A stretch of DNA of 64,000 nucleotides from Candidatus Heimdallarchaeota archaeon. Its GTDB lineage: Archaea; Asgardarchaeota; Heimdallarchaeia; Heimdallarchaeales; Heimdallarchaeaceae. A model generated the notes under the pieces. That model had not been told where the DNA came from and searched no databases. It saw only the letters and a list, made by a program, of their open reading frames with translations. Shown here in pieces: positions 30,509 to 41,479 of this stretch; positions within the stretch are counted from its first letter, which is position 1, and each line of letters begins with the position of its first letter. Location of the stretch: contig DXJF01000011.1 in NCBI GenBank assembly GCA_019057375.1, forward strand, positions 81,583-145,582, given 5' to 3'. The position numbers were made by a program, and so were the translations under genes.

Positions 30509-31853
30509 TTACAAAGTTCTCTTCATATTTTTTGTTTTTTCTCTTTTACAAAAAGTGGTGTATAAATATTCAAATTTCTTTATTTTTATGATGAATGTTC
30601 AGAGAACGCATGATGCTAGTACGGAAGTTCTTAGGTTGCTAAAATCATTATTTAATGGTGAAATAGATATAGTTGACTTTAGATTTGAAATTAGTGAATA
30701 TTCCCAAACTATGGCTAAGAATCTTTTCAGAGACAGCTTCCCTAGATTTAATCAGAATTTGAGAGATAAGCTTACTAATATTTTCCTAAGATATTGTTAT
30801 AATGAAAAAAATGTTCAAATGAATGAATTTTGGAAGTTTACTAGTTATAAAGATTTTTGGATTGAAATAAAGAACTTTCATGATTGTATATATTCAAGAA
30901 GAATGAATTTAAGTGAGGTCGTTCAATTTTTTGAGATAAATCTATTAACAAATAAGAGAAAAGTAAAACTAGACTTTGTGGAAAGAAAAGTAATAGAAAA
31001 ACTTGATAAAAACCCCAATATTCTCAATAAGGATTTGGCAAACGAGCTGAATATTTCAGAGAAAAGAATAAGTAATGTAATTAATTCCCTGAAATCAAGA
31101 GGAGTTTTTCTTGGTTGTTTTGCCGATTATTCTCAAATAGATGCTTATGAATTCTTTGGTTTCACTGAAATTGAGAATTCTAGTAATGAGCTTAAATTCT
31201 TAGATAAAATAATTTTGTTTCCAGATTTCAAACTCTTTCATGGTTTATCTTTTCAAGAAATTAAACAGCCTTACATCTATCAAGTTGTAAATAAAAAAAT
31301 AGTTTGTAACACAGAAGTGTTGAACCGTGGTCTTTCGTTTCAGGATTGGATTTCTATAAATAGCTCTAAGAAAACTTCGAAAAGCTTGGATCAAGAGAAA
31401 GATTCCGATGATTTTTATGTTCCTACATCAAGTAAAAATCACGTGCTACAACTCATGAAGAACTGTGAAACAGATTTTAGAAGACCAAATATTAAAAAAA
31501 TAGCAGAAGAAAACAATGTTTCCATTAGAACATTATTTAGAATTAAATCTAAACTTAAAGATAGAGGATTAATCCAACCCCAAATCATTGTGGAAAATGA
31601 TGAATTGATGACTTTAGTAATTATCTCCTCAAAAGAACTTCTTGAGTTTTACAACAAAGTACCATTTGTTAAATCATATGAAGTCCAAAACATGGAAACC
31701 AATAGTAAATGGTTTTCTTTCATATCTATTTTTGCTAGTGATTTTACCCTTATTTATTCAAAACTTAAGAATCACTCAGAGATTTTCCTAGTTGTAGGAA
31801 AAAAAGCAGTAAATTTAATATCACAATCCAATCAAAAGATTTATACAAATTAA
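30444..31853 (+). CDS. Tandem winged-HTH transcriptional regulator (Lrp/AsnC-like HTH)
   Basis: NKDLANELNISEKRISNVINSLKSRG and IKKIAEENNVSIRTLFRIKSKLKDRGLI; true start probably downstream of the track start. Confidence 0.7.
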   Translation: MAFQFLFSNIEIKEEPLLKSSDYKVLFIFFVFSLLQKVVYKYSNFFIFMMNVQRTHDASTEVLRLLKSLFNGEIDIVDFRFEISEYSQTMAKNLFRDSFPRFNQNLRDKLTNIFLRYCYNEKNVQMNEFWKFTSYKDFWIEIKNFHDCIYSRRMNLSEVVQFFEINLLTNKRKVKLDFVERKVIEKLDKNPNILNKDLANELNISEKRISNVINSLKSRGVFLGCFADYSQIDAYEFFGFTEIENSSNELKFLDKIILFPDFKLFHGLSFQEIKQPYIYQVVNKKIVCNTEVLNRGLSFQDWISINSSKKTSKSLDQEKDSDDFYVPTSSKNHVLQLMKNCETDFRRPNIKKIAEENNVSIRTLFRIKSKLKDRGLIQPQIIVENDELMTLVIISSKELLEFYNKVPFVKSYEVQNMETNSKWFSFISIFASDFTLIYSKLKNHSEIFLVVGKKAVNLISQSNQKIYTN

Positions 31854-31870
31854 ATAAGGAAGTTTGTTGC

Positions 31871-33991
31871 ATGTCAAGTCAACGCTCATTAAAGGAAATA
31901 GTTGATATAATTTCAACTGAAACAGGTATGGGAAAAGAAGAGATTCATCAACTTATCAATGATAAGATGGAAGAACTAGGGGAGTTTGTGACACAGCTTG
32001 GGGCTGTTCATATTGTAGCAAGGGAAATGGGTGTTGACCTATCTTCAGAACCCCCAATTCAAGTACAAACCACTTTAAGTATCAATCAATTAGTTCCAGA
32101 AATAACCAATGTCAATCTATTAGGTCGTATTTATAGAATTTACAACCAACATAATTTCAAGAAAAAAGATGGTTCCGATGGAGTTTTGCAATCGGTTCTC
32201 ATTGAGGATAAAACTGGTAAAATTCGTGTTGTGTTTTGGGATCAGAAAGTAGTTGAGTTACAAGACACTAACTGCAAAGTAGGAGATCCAATAAGAATTT
32301 TAAATAGCTATACAAGAGCAGGGCGAGATGAATCTGTAGAGGTACACTTAGGAATAAGGAGCCAAATTCAAATTAGACCCTCAGGTATTGATGATTCTGA
32401 ATTACCTGTATTTGAATCTGTATTTTCCAAAATTAAGAATATTAGAGGAAATGAGATTGATCTTTCCTTAATTGGTAAGATAACTCAAAAAGATGATATC
32501 CTTGAATTTGAAAGGTCTGATGGTTCAAAAGGTAATAAACAAGGTTTAGTCCTTGGTGATGAAACCGGAGAGATTTATGTTAATTTTTGGAATGAAAAAG
32601 CTGATGATGTTCAAGATATCGGTTTAGGAGATATTATTGAAGTTGTGGGGTTAGCTGCAAAAGTAGGACTAAAGGGACATCTAGAATTACATTCAAGCAA
32701 ATACACAAATATTGTTAAGAGGGACAATTTGGCTGACATAATTGTGAAAAAAGGTTTTGTTGGCTCAGGAACAGATATTGGTGCTCAATTATTACTGATA
32801 GATCAGATTACTGAGTTAAATTCTCTTATATCAACAAAAGGTTTGATAATTAATGTAAATCCCTTACATGAATTTTCTAGAGAAAATGGATCCCAAGGTA
32901 AAGTAAGAGACGTTACAATTTCTGATAGTACAGGGATTATTCGTGTTGTTTTATGGGATGATAAAACTCAATTAGTAAATGAAAATGACATAAACAAAAT
33001 TATTCCTATAATTAATGGTTTTACAAGAAAAGGAAAATATTCAGACATTGAGATTCATTGTGGAAATCAAACACGAGTAGATGTTGAGAGCATAGATCCT
33101 AATTCAATTAGCCAATACCAGTTAGATTTTACAAACATTAAAGATGTCACTGACGAAATGAAGGAAGCACACATACAAGGTATTGTAAGTGATTTAAGTC
33201 CAATTCAAGATATAAAAACCAAAGAAGATGAAATCATTCAACTAAGAAACTTAAGAGTTGAAGATCAATCAGGTACCATTCGCATTACTTGTTGGCGTGA
33301 AAATGTAATTAAGATCTCTGAAGTAAGTATTGGTGATAGTATTGAAATTTATAATGCGGGTGTTAAAGAAGACGCTGGTTATGGCACTGAATTATTAATT
33401 AATAAAAATTCAATTGTAAGAAAATCATTAAATAATTCTTCTGATCCTCAAGGTTTTGTATCTAGCTTAAAGGTTTCTCCACTTAAAATTGACTTGGAAA
33501 AAATTAAAGATATAGAGGATATTGAAGAAGGAGATGAAGTTTCTATTCAAGCAACTGTAGTGAAACTCATAGAGAAACAATTTGTTTATCCATTATGTCC
33601 TGAATGTAAAAAGAAGATGAAAAAGGAAAATGGCAATTACAATTGTGCAGTGCATGGAGATACTGATAAGCCATTAAATCGTATTCTTTTTACTTTCGTT
33701 GCTAATGATGGAACAGGAAACATCAATGTACTATGCGCAGGTAAATTGGCTGAAATTGTCTTAGAAATGTCTGCTGACTCTGCAGCAAGAATGGTGGAGG
33801 AAAATGAATCAGAAAAAGCTCCTTATTCCTTTTTAAAAGCTAAGAGTTTTGTTAATTCAGAATTGATAATAAGTGGCAAAGTAAATCAAAATCTTTATCT
33901 CAAAAGCTTAGAATTAATTGCAAACTCAATAGAGAAGGTTAGATATGCTGAAACAACCAAAAACATGGTAAAGCAGATTTATACTGAATAA
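31871..33991 (+). CDS. rpa: Replication protein A (multi-OB fold ssDNA-binding protein)
   Basis: Repeated D-x-[ST]G-x-I-R/Y-x-x-x-W OB motifs; C-terminal CPECKK...CAVHG zinc finger. Confidence 0.92.
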   Translation: MSSQRSLKEIVDIISTETGMGKEEIHQLINDKMEELGEFVTQLGAVHIVAREMGVDLSSEPPIQVQTTLSINQLVPEITNVNLLGRIYRIYNQHNFKKKDGSDGVLQSVLIEDKTGKIRVVFWDQKVVELQDTNCKVGDPIRILNSYTRAGRDESVEVHLGIRSQIQIRPSGIDDSELPVFESVFSKIKNIRGNEIDLSLIGKITQKDDILEFERSDGSKGNKQGLVLGDETGEIYVNFWNEKADDVQDIGLGDIIEVVGLAAKVGLKGHLELHSSKYTNIVKRDNLADIIVKKGFVGSGTDIGAQLLLIDQITELNSLISTKGLIINVNPLHEFSRENGSQGKVRDVTISDSTGIIRVVLWDDKTQLVNENDINKIIPIINGFTRKGKYSDIEIHCGNQTRVDVESIDPNSISQYQLDFTNIKDVTDEMKEAHIQGIVSDLSPIQDIKTKEDEIIQLRNLRVEDQSGTIRITCWRENVIKISEVSIGDSIEIYNAGVKEDAGYGTELLINKNSIVRKSLNNSSDPQGFVSSLKVSPLKIDLEKIKDIEDIEEGDEVSIQATVVKLIEKQFVYPLCPECKKKMKKENGNYNCAVHGDTDKPLNRILFTFVANDGTGNINVLCAGKLAEIVLEMSADSAARMVEENESEKAPYSFLKAKSFVNSELIISGKVNQNLYLKSLELIANSIEKVRYAETTKNMVKQIYTE

Positions 33992-34061
33992 AGATACTTA
34001 TTTTTTTTGCAATTGGTCGAAAAGCTTATTAATAAACAAAATGCAGCTTCAACCGGTTAGT

Positions 34062-34172
34062 ATGGATTTCACTATAATAAAAACCGTGATAATTATTGTA
34101 ATTATATTTGCCGTCATTTTTGCACTGTTTTACCATGCATTTAGTGTAGGAAAAGAGGAAGAAACAATTTAG
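34062..34172 (+). CDS. 36 aa single-pass membrane microprotein (OST4-like candidate)
   Basis: Hand-translated MDFTIIKTVIIIVIIFAVIFALFYHAFSVGKEEETI; in-frame upstream ATG at 34041; TATA-like TTATTAATA near 34027. Confidence 0.6.
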   Translation: MDFTIIKTVIIIVIIFAVIFALFYHAFSVGKEEETI

Positions 34173-34176
34173 ATGC

Positions 34177-37065
34177 TTAAATTTCGAGAACCATTCCTTT
34201 TTTCTTCTTGTAGACTTTAATTATAGCAGTCATTGCACCAAGTAGCACCCCTGAACTTGATACTAATGGTACTACTACGTTTGTTATAGACCTTGTATTT
34301 GAAGCCTTGGTCCCCACCAAATCAAGCATTAATACACTTCCCTTTGTAATTTGCAGATTTGTTACATAAATGTAAAGATCGTTTACTTGTAATTCATAAA
34401 AACTAGTTACATCATCCTGACCATTTGATAAAAGCTTCCACTCATATTTCGAAGTAGAATAACTTTCATTCAAATAATATAACATGGAAACATTAGAATA
34501 GCTTCTAACCTCAGAATTAATAATAAAGTGTATTGAAATCATATCATCATTCTCTTCTATCGTAGCTAATAAACTAGGACCAACTGTAGTTATTTTTAAT
34601 TTGTGGCCATCTACACTGGAATCTGCTTGAATATGCCAAAAGAGTGCATCTGAATCCATATGAACAGGAATTTGTAAGGTATTTGTTTCAACATAAGCAT
34701 CTAAAAGAGGCATCATATCATCATTAATGTAATATACCCACCTATCGTGTGTAGACGGATAAGTAATATTATATGTAAGTGTAATATTCTCTGCAATTAT
34801 TACATCTTCATTTCCTTTTTCAGCCGTTATAAGTAAATTCTCTAACATAATCTGAAATGTCTTTGTTACAATTGGTGTATAAGCTTTGAAAATTGAGCTG
34901 TTAATGTTGACAGTCAGGAGATCTTGAGGTAAAGAAATTACATATGTATAAAGTCCATATTCGTCTGTAACTCCTGTGTGAGCTCCATATTCATTGATTT
35001 CAATTGTGATTGGTACTAGACCAACCGGTGAATTATTGGAGGTTACATTAAAGTGTAAAAGAAAATCTGATGAAATCTCTGCATTTTCATACTCGAAATC
35101 TATATTTATTTCACTGTCATATATCAAAATGTTAACGGTTTTTCGAATTGTTGCATGAGAAGAAGACTCAGCTTGAATCTCCAATGTATAGTTATTTTCT
35201 GTCAGATAGAAAGAAGAAATTCTAAAAATATACTGATTCTCTATTATGAAACTAGGAAGAACTTCATTGTCTAAAATCCCATATATGATAGCATTTTCAA
35301 TTTCCACTAAATGATTAAGGCTGAGGTAAGACACACTTATTTCTTTCAACGCATATTTTGGAATATTAATTTCTTGTTCAACAATTAATTCCGAAGCCTC
35401 TCTCGTTAGAGTTACAGTGGTATTTTCAAACCCTATTAGATTGTTTTCGATTATAAGAAATGTTATTTCAACACTTCCACTTGTAATCCTAGGTGGAAAG
35501 GTAAATTCTAATTCATCATTTACTAACTCACCCATTGCACTTCCATTTTCAGCACCAATCCAGAACAATTCAATTAAATTGTTTTGAAGTGTTTCTCGAA
35601 AAATAAATGTAACATTTAGAGTTTCAAAAATAGTTAAACTTTCAATACTTGTAGCCATTATTTGGTTCGGAAGAGTGAACTGAAAATTAATATCATAGAT
35701 TCCAGCTTTTCTTGCTAATGAGAGATTCCGATATCCTCCCCCTATATCAATATCACTCAAAATATCTGCACCTTGTAGGCTTCCTGTCATTAACCAATTA
35801 TTGGAATACGAAAAATTGACTGGGTTTACAAGTAGTGAAAGATTACTGATTGAAATAGAAAGTAGAATAGATGTTTCATTCTGAAAAGAGATTTGTTTTT
35901 CATATGGTATGGATACTACACCTGATGCCCTTACTGTGAAATTAGCACTTATACTATGATTTGAATTGTGATACCAACCTATATTATATTCATAGGGTGC
36001 TATTCCCTCAAATAAGATGTCTGCATTAAAATTCCCTTCTCCCATGTTAGCAGAACTTATCTGTATGTCATTTAATCTTAGATTAATATCTGAGGGCGTT
36101 AATGAGGTTTCGAGTTTTAAATCATCAAATAGAATTGTACAATCGGAAACCTCAGGAGATATTACATAAATTCCAAATGATTTTAGCATTGTGGGTATCA
36201 AAGGATCCTCTTCAGAAAAGAGATCACTTATATAAAGCGTATTATCGTTCCACTGATTGTCCCAACTACTGTTTTGTAATAGCCTATATACTATGAAAGG
36301 AGATGTTGTATTATCTCCAATTGATGGTGGTTCTACATTTGTGTAGTGCCAATGAATCACCATAATACGACAAGTATCAAAAACAAAATCAAAAATTAAA
36401 GATGAATTCAACACATACTGTAAGCTTGAGTTTGATGCTAAAAGATAATTATAAGATATCTTTGTATCCGTATTGTATAAGCTTATGTCTTTTTGATAAA
36501 GTGCATACATTATGGACTCTGAATTGTAAGAATAGAATTTCCACACATACTCCCCATCCCAGCTTCCGGAATAATGCAATCTTTCAACTTCTACTCCGGC
36601 TTTAATAGTGCCTTCTGAATAGAATTCTTGACTATCCTCCGCCCCTGGATTATTAATGTATTGAGATTGTAAATCAGTAACATTTCCTTCTAGTGAATAC
36701 TGTCCGTTGCTAGGTAAGAAAATGCTTGAGTTTTCATCTTCAAGATTCCCTTCTAAAGATTCCCCCACATAATTTCCCGTCGAGCTCATATTTGGAGTGA
36801 AACCATTTAACGCCTCCTCTATTAAATTTTCCTCACCGTTTACTGATATTTCCTCCTCTAACTCAGCTTGACTATTTTTTAGAAGTCCAGAACTATCAGT
36901 GGGTTCAATTCCTTTCTTTTCCTCTTCTTCATTTAGATTTTTCATGATTTCATTGCCATTAATATCAACAATAGATGTGGAATCATTAATATTAACTAAA
37001 GGAGATTTAAGAGATATTATCAGATAGAATAGAAATATTACTGGAATTATTTTTTTGTGTCTCAT
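34177..37065 (-). CDS. Large cell-surface protein (962 aa), signal peptide and C-terminal TM anchor
   Basis: N-terminal hydrophobic segment, beta-rich N/S/T-rich body, TM followed by YKKKKG. Confidence 0.75.
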   Translation of the reverse strand: MRHKKIIPVIFLFYLIISLKSPLVNINDSTSIVDINGNEIMKNLNEEEEKKGIEPTDSSGLLKNSQAELEEEISVNGEENLIEEALNGFTPNMSSTGNYVGESLEGNLEDENSSIFLPSNGQYSLEGNVTDLQSQYINNPGAEDSQEFYSEGTIKAGVEVERLHYSGSWDGEYVWKFYSYNSESIMYALYQKDISLYNTDTKISYNYLLASNSSLQYVLNSSLIFDFVFDTCRIMVIHWHYTNVEPPSIGDNTTSPFIVYRLLQNSSWDNQWNDNTLYISDLFSEEDPLIPTMLKSFGIYVISPEVSDCTILFDDLKLETSLTPSDINLRLNDIQISSANMGEGNFNADILFEGIAPYEYNIGWYHNSNHSISANFTVRASGVVSIPYEKQISFQNETSILLSISISNLSLLVNPVNFSYSNNWLMTGSLQGADILSDIDIGGGYRNLSLARKAGIYDINFQFTLPNQIMATSIESLTIFETLNVTFIFRETLQNNLIELFWIGAENGSAMGELVNDELEFTFPPRITSGSVEITFLIIENNLIGFENTTVTLTREASELIVEQEINIPKYALKEISVSYLSLNHLVEIENAIIYGILDNEVLPSFIIENQYIFRISSFYLTENNYTLEIQAESSSHATIRKTVNILIYDSEINIDFEYENAEISSDFLLHFNVTSNNSPVGLVPITIEINEYGAHTGVTDEYGLYTYVISLPQDLLTVNINSSIFKAYTPIVTKTFQIMLENLLITAEKGNEDVIIAENITLTYNITYPSTHDRWVYYINDDMMPLLDAYVETNTLQIPVHMDSDALFWHIQADSSVDGHKLKITTVGPSLLATIEENDDMISIHFIINSEVRSYSNVSMLYYLNESYSTSKYEWKLLSNGQDDVTSFYELQVNDLYIYVTNLQITKGSVLMLDLVGTKASNTRSITNVVVPLVSSSGVLLGAMTAIIKVYKKKKGMVLEI

Positions 37066-37380
37066 TCTATTCTTATATACTAACTATATTTTAAAAACAG
37101 CACAATTTTCAATAGGTTTGAGTAGCCTAAAACATACTCTTTTTTGTATTTGTAGATTTTATAATTCTTATATTAGTTTCATTCTAGTAAAAAAGCGTTT
37201 AAACACACAAGAACGATTTTTTACTGTGGACTGAATACTTTCAACCCTCTGCCTCTTCTTTCTTTTAAAGTCAAACAAAAATACCAAACATAGTACTGAA
37301 TCGTACATGAAATAGTTCATAGCTTTGTTTTAATCTTAACAATTTTCAATAGTTTCGGGAAGGTTATTTTTCTGAGTAAA

Positions 37381-38412
37381 ATGGAAAGCTGCTTATGTGA
37401 TGAATGCGGTTCTAGAATTATTCAAGAAAATGGTCTAAACGTGTGCCAAAAATGTGGTCTTGTACATGATTCCGTTCTTGAATCATCGTCTTTTCAACTG
37501 GGTACAATGTCCCGGGATGGAACTCGAAGAAATCAACAATACACATCAATTAATAATAATCTAGCCGTTGTAAGTTCTTTGGGTTCTTCGATTGGTTCAG
37601 TTGAGGAATACATGTTTAGAGATGCTAATGGGTCTCTATTGGATGAAACAAATCAATATAAATTTCGAAAATTCAAAAATTATTATCATATTCCAGGAGC
37701 TATAAAAGGAAAAGAAACGGATTTTAGAACTATTAAAATTTTAAATGAAGTGTTTTCACGACTTCAAGTTCCCACTAAGATAAGAGATCGAACACTCTTT
37801 CTTTATCATAAGTATAAATCTGAACATAAGAAGAAAATAACAAACCATGTTCTTTTATCTGCAATGGCTTTACTTCTAAGTGTTCGTGAATGTGGTCATA
37901 ATTGTCCCCTTACCTTAAAAGAGATTGTTGGAACTTATAGAGAACTAGGACATAGAGTTCTTGGTAAAAACTTACTAAGTCTCATGCAAGATTTGAATAT
38001 TAAGCCCTCTATAAGTGGGATTAGGAGAAGTGAAGACTATGTTTTTAGAATTTGTTCTCTAATCTGTCGTTCTGAAGCAATAAAAGAAAGAATAGAGAAA
38101 AAATATTCAATAGATGTTTATGTTTATGAAAAAATACTTCAACTTCTTTGCTTAAAAATACTTGAAAGAATTCCTTATCCTGATCGTGGAGGAAGAAGAC
38201 CTTATCCCCTTTCTGCTGCCTCAGCTTATGTGGCTGATAAACTTCTATCACGAAAGATAAAACATTCCTCTGCTTTAACCCAGAAGTTGGTTGCACAGTC
38301 TGCGAATGTTGCTGAATTCACAATTCGGGATCATGCGGAGTTCATGTTTTCCTACGATTATGAGGAGATAATTACAGAAATCAGCGAAAGATTATCATCT
38401 AGCTTCGAATAA
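37381..38412 (+). CDS. Divergent TFB/TFIIB family protein
   Basis: N-terminal CDECG...CQKCG zinc ribbon; cyclin-like repeats; LAASAYVA-like and TQKLVAQSANVAEFTIR helix. Confidence 0.8.
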   Translation: MESCLCDECGSRIIQENGLNVCQKCGLVHDSVLESSSFQLGTMSRDGTRRNQQYTSINNNLAVVSSLGSSIGSVEEYMFRDANGSLLDETNQYKFRKFKNYYHIPGAIKGKETDFRTIKILNEVFSRLQVPTKIRDRTLFLYHKYKSEHKKKITNHVLLSAMALLLSVRECGHNCPLTLKEIVGTYRELGHRVLGKNLLSLMQDLNIKPSISGIRRSEDYVFRICSLICRSEAIKERIEKKYSIDVYVYEKILQLLCLKILERIPYPDRGGRRPYPLSAASAYVADKLLSRKIKHSSALTQKLVAQSANVAEFTIRDHAEFMFSYDYEEIITEISERLSSSFE

Positions 38413-38459
38413 TTTCAAAAAATATCTACAGAAATAACTAGGATATTGAAGTTTTTTTT

Positions 38460-39089
38460 CTAAATAGGGATAAGATTTAGTATGAAAAATCTGACACCCA
38501 CAACTATTGCTGAATGTAACAAAATCACAGGAATAAGCCTGAGCTTTATTCCTTCTTCATTACCCATTTTAAGTAAGTAATAATTATTTAGTAAATTTAT
38601 AATAAGAAATGATACAGATAGTATTGACCAAACAGAAAAAGAACTGGTAAATTCCCCTGTACTAATAAAACTATACAGATTTGAGAATATAGGAGAAAAA
38701 CCTGCAATCATCGCAATAGTAAACATAGTTACATAACGTATAATTTTTAGTCTCCTTCTATGAATTTTCAAAGATGATTCCTTTTCTTTAAGAACCTCTT
38801 CACGCATTCTAATTAATTTGGATGTAATTTTTACTCGTTCAAGAATTTCCGTTTCATCAGCGTAGTCAACAGAGGAAAAAAGATTTCTTAAAGCAGGATA
38901 ACTGAAATCAATAGAAGAAATTGTTTCTAGTAAATTTTCTCCTAATTGCAATCTAGTAAGAATTTCTTCTGGTACATTTTCAGATAGAAAGAAAGATCTT
39001 TCCAGATTTTCACCATTTTCAAGTTTCAAAGCAATATTGTTAAGAAAGTTAAAGTCTGTGCAATTTAATCTTATCATATTATTCACCAA
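38460..39089 (-). CDS. TadB/TadC (T2SS-F)-like membrane protein
   Basis: Soluble N-terminus and three C-terminal TMs; coupled to the pilus ATPase operon. Confidence 0.55.
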   Translation of the reverse strand: MVNNMIRLNCTDFNFLNNIALKLENGENLERSFFLSENVPEEILTRLQLGENLLETISSIDFSYPALRNLFSSVDYADETEILERVKITSKLIRMREEVLKEKESSLKIHRRRLKIIRYVTMFTIAMIAGFSPIFSNLYSFISTGEFTSSFSVWSILSVSFLIINLLNNYYLLKMGNEEGIKLRLIPVILLHSAIVVGVRFFILNLIPI

Positions 39090-39882
39090 TATTCTTATTG
39101 TTCATGAAACGAAGAATTAGAGTTCCAAAGACTGCATAAAGAAGAGGGAAAATGAATATTGTAGGAGAGTTTGATGGTAACAGGAATGATAGAACCATAC
39201 TTAGTACTAGTGGTAATAGACAAGAAACTGCGATAAAAATTACTATATTATCTTCTATTAGTTTGATTCCTTTTCTTACATACAATATAAATTCTGGATC
39301 AGATTCAATGAATGCATTTTCGTTTTTTATATTTTGGAATGATGTTTCATACTGTTTATTTAAGAAAATTTTTCCGCTATTATTGATTATCTCATCTTCA
39401 TTTTCCCCTAGATTCAAACTGTAAAGCATATCTTGAAAATATTTAGTATAATATTTGTCTTTGATTCCTTTAGTCAACAGAAGCTCAACAGAATGTGGAA
39501 AGGATTGAGTTGCAACCATATTGATTGATAACGAATTAATTATTAGAAAAGCTGTTTCCTCAAATTTTTGATGACGGTTTAGTATTTTGGTGCGAATATA
39601 ATCACTTAACACAAAAAGAAATGATATACTTGCTATTGAACTGATAAGTAAAGCAATTGGAACATTAATTAGAGTAACACAGTGAAAAAGCACAAACGAA
39701 ATTACAAAAAACAGCAAAGATGAATTTCCAATTAACCTTATGTTCCTATAATCCTTTTCAGAAATAAAGAATTTGGAATGTTTCTCAATTTTTCCTAGTG
39801 CCAATCTATATAATATTACCTTTGGAAAGATACTGAATTGAGTAACTTTGGAATTGGATTTAACATAATTTATTGTTTTCAT
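39079..39882 (-). CDS. TadB/TadC (T2SS-F)-like membrane protein
   Basis: Two N-terminal TMs, soluble middle, C-terminal TMs; overlaps neighbours. Confidence 0.6.
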   Translation of the reverse strand: MKTINYVKSNSKVTQFSIFPKVILYRLALGKIEKHSKFFISEKDYRNIRLIGNSSLLFFVISFVLFHCVTLINVPIALLISSIASISFLFVLSDYIRTKILNRHQKFEETAFLIINSLSINMVATQSFPHSVELLLTKGIKDKYYTKYFQDMLYSLNLGENEDEIINNSGKIFLNKQYETSFQNIKNENAFIESDPEFILYVRKGIKLIEDNIVIFIAVSCLLPLVLSMVLSFLLPSNSPTIFIFPLLYAVFGTLILRFMNNKNIGE

Positions 39883-41342
39883 AAATAATCTTTCTCACTT
39901 TTATTTGAGATATTATTCTCAAGCTTTAATCCCCATTTCTCTGCTTGCATACTTCTGAAAAAATGATTTCTCTCTAGAATTGAATTAATTTTACTACTTA
40001 GCCTTGATTTGTTTTTTATTATTTGAAACATTTGATTTTCATTCATTTCTTCATCATATATCTTAGTTAAGAAACCATAATCATTTTCTTTACTAACGTT
40101 GTTAGGATTTACTTCATAGACATCAACTATCTTTCGAATGAAAGTGCTTTCTGTTATTTCCCTCCTCATTATTATGATAATATCTAAAGAAAGAAAATCT
40201 GAACGAGCAATTTTATGAAGATTCTCCCACCTTCTAAGGATTTTTTCAACTGAATCTGCATGGGCTGTCTGTATTCCTTTCAAACCAGCATTAAGAGCTT
40301 CAAACATTGCTTGAGTGTGTTCCCTAGATTGAATTTCCCCCAAATATATCCAATCTGGAGATCTGTGTAACAGTTTTAAGATTTCAGATGTTTTGGTATG
40401 GTTACTTTTGTTTGATTCAAAAGAATCTACTTGAATAGATAGATGCTTAAAACCCATTGCTGCTTGGTTGGTTGATTCTATTGCATCCTCAATTGCTATT
40501 TTTCTCCAGTGCTTAGGAGTGTATAAATCAATAGCATTTGCCAAGGTTGTTTTTCCCGCATTAGGTTCTCCTATAATAGTGATATTTTGTCTGTTGATTA
40601 CAGCCTCTACTAAGTAAGATCCTAAGGATGTAGGTAAAGTATTAAGATTGATTAAGTCTAATAATTCGAGTGGTTTTCTTTTTAGTTTTCTAATATTAAA
40701 AGTAGGTCCATTTGGTGAAAGAGGAGGAAAGTCCATTGAAATACGTGAATGAAATCTTTGTGTTTGAAATTCAATTTTCAATGATGGTTTCTTAGCTGAA
40801 ATAGTAATTGGGTGTTCAAGCTTGATTCTAGTAATCAGTGCTTCTAACTCCTCCTCATCAAGGATTACTTTAGTATTACACCTTCCAAAGGTCTGATGAT
40901 CTAAATACAAGGCAGATCCTTTTTGATCCATATAAATTTCATTTACATAATGATCTAATAAAGCAGGAATTAATCTGTCTAATTTAATTAATCTGTAAAT
41001 AAAAAGTTCTGTAAATACTTCTGGATCTATTTCAAGCCCATCTATTTCTAAAACCTTCCACATACACACTGATTTAATTGTATCAACTAGATCGTCGAAT
41101 CTTAGAATCTCTTTTCCAAGTCTATCCTTATTCTTATTGACTAAAGCAAACAGTTCAGCAAATAATAATGGATCCGTTTGAAAGGCAAACAATGGTTTTG
41201 CTGTATAGTAGACTGTTCTGTCTTCCTCGTGAATAATAATTTTGAATCCTTGTATGGTATATTCACTGATAACCTTTTTTTCAGCGTGTTTTCCTTGTTG
41301 TACACTATTACAACTAGTCATCTCTATCAGCTTTTTTTTCAA
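39879..41342 (-). CDS. TadA/CpaF/VirB11-type secretion-pilus ATPase
   Basis: FNIRK, GEPNAGKTT, IEDAIE, PDWIYLGEIQ, QTAHA His-box. Confidence 0.9.
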   Translation of the reverse strand: MKKKLIEMTSCNSVQQGKHAEKKVISEYTIQGFKIIIHEEDRTVYYTAKPLFAFQTDPLLFAELFALVNKNKDRLGKEILRFDDLVDTIKSVCMWKVLEIDGLEIDPEVFTELFIYRLIKLDRLIPALLDHYVNEIYMDQKGSALYLDHQTFGRCNTKVILDEEELEALITRIKLEHPITISAKKPSLKIEFQTQRFHSRISMDFPPLSPNGPTFNIRKLKRKPLELLDLINLNTLPTSLGSYLVEAVINRQNITIIGEPNAGKTTLANAIDLYTPKHWRKIAIEDAIESTNQAAMGFKHLSIQVDSFESNKSNHTKTSEILKLLHRSPDWIYLGEIQSREHTQAMFEALNAGLKGIQTAHADSVEKILRRWENLHKIARSDFLSLDIIIIMRREITESTFIRKIVDVYEVNPNNVSKENDYGFLTKIYDEEMNENQMFQIIKNKSRLSSKINSILERNHFFRSMQAEKWGLKLENNISNKSEKDYL

Positions 41343-41479
41343 TGGCTATTCTAGTATTTAGTATATCAACACCACTTTTTTTCTTGATACTTCAAATCTG
41401 ATTCTTAGAAATAACATTTTTACCAAACTTCTGGTAATAGATTTAAATAGAAAAAACCTTTACTTGATAGTGTGGAAAA

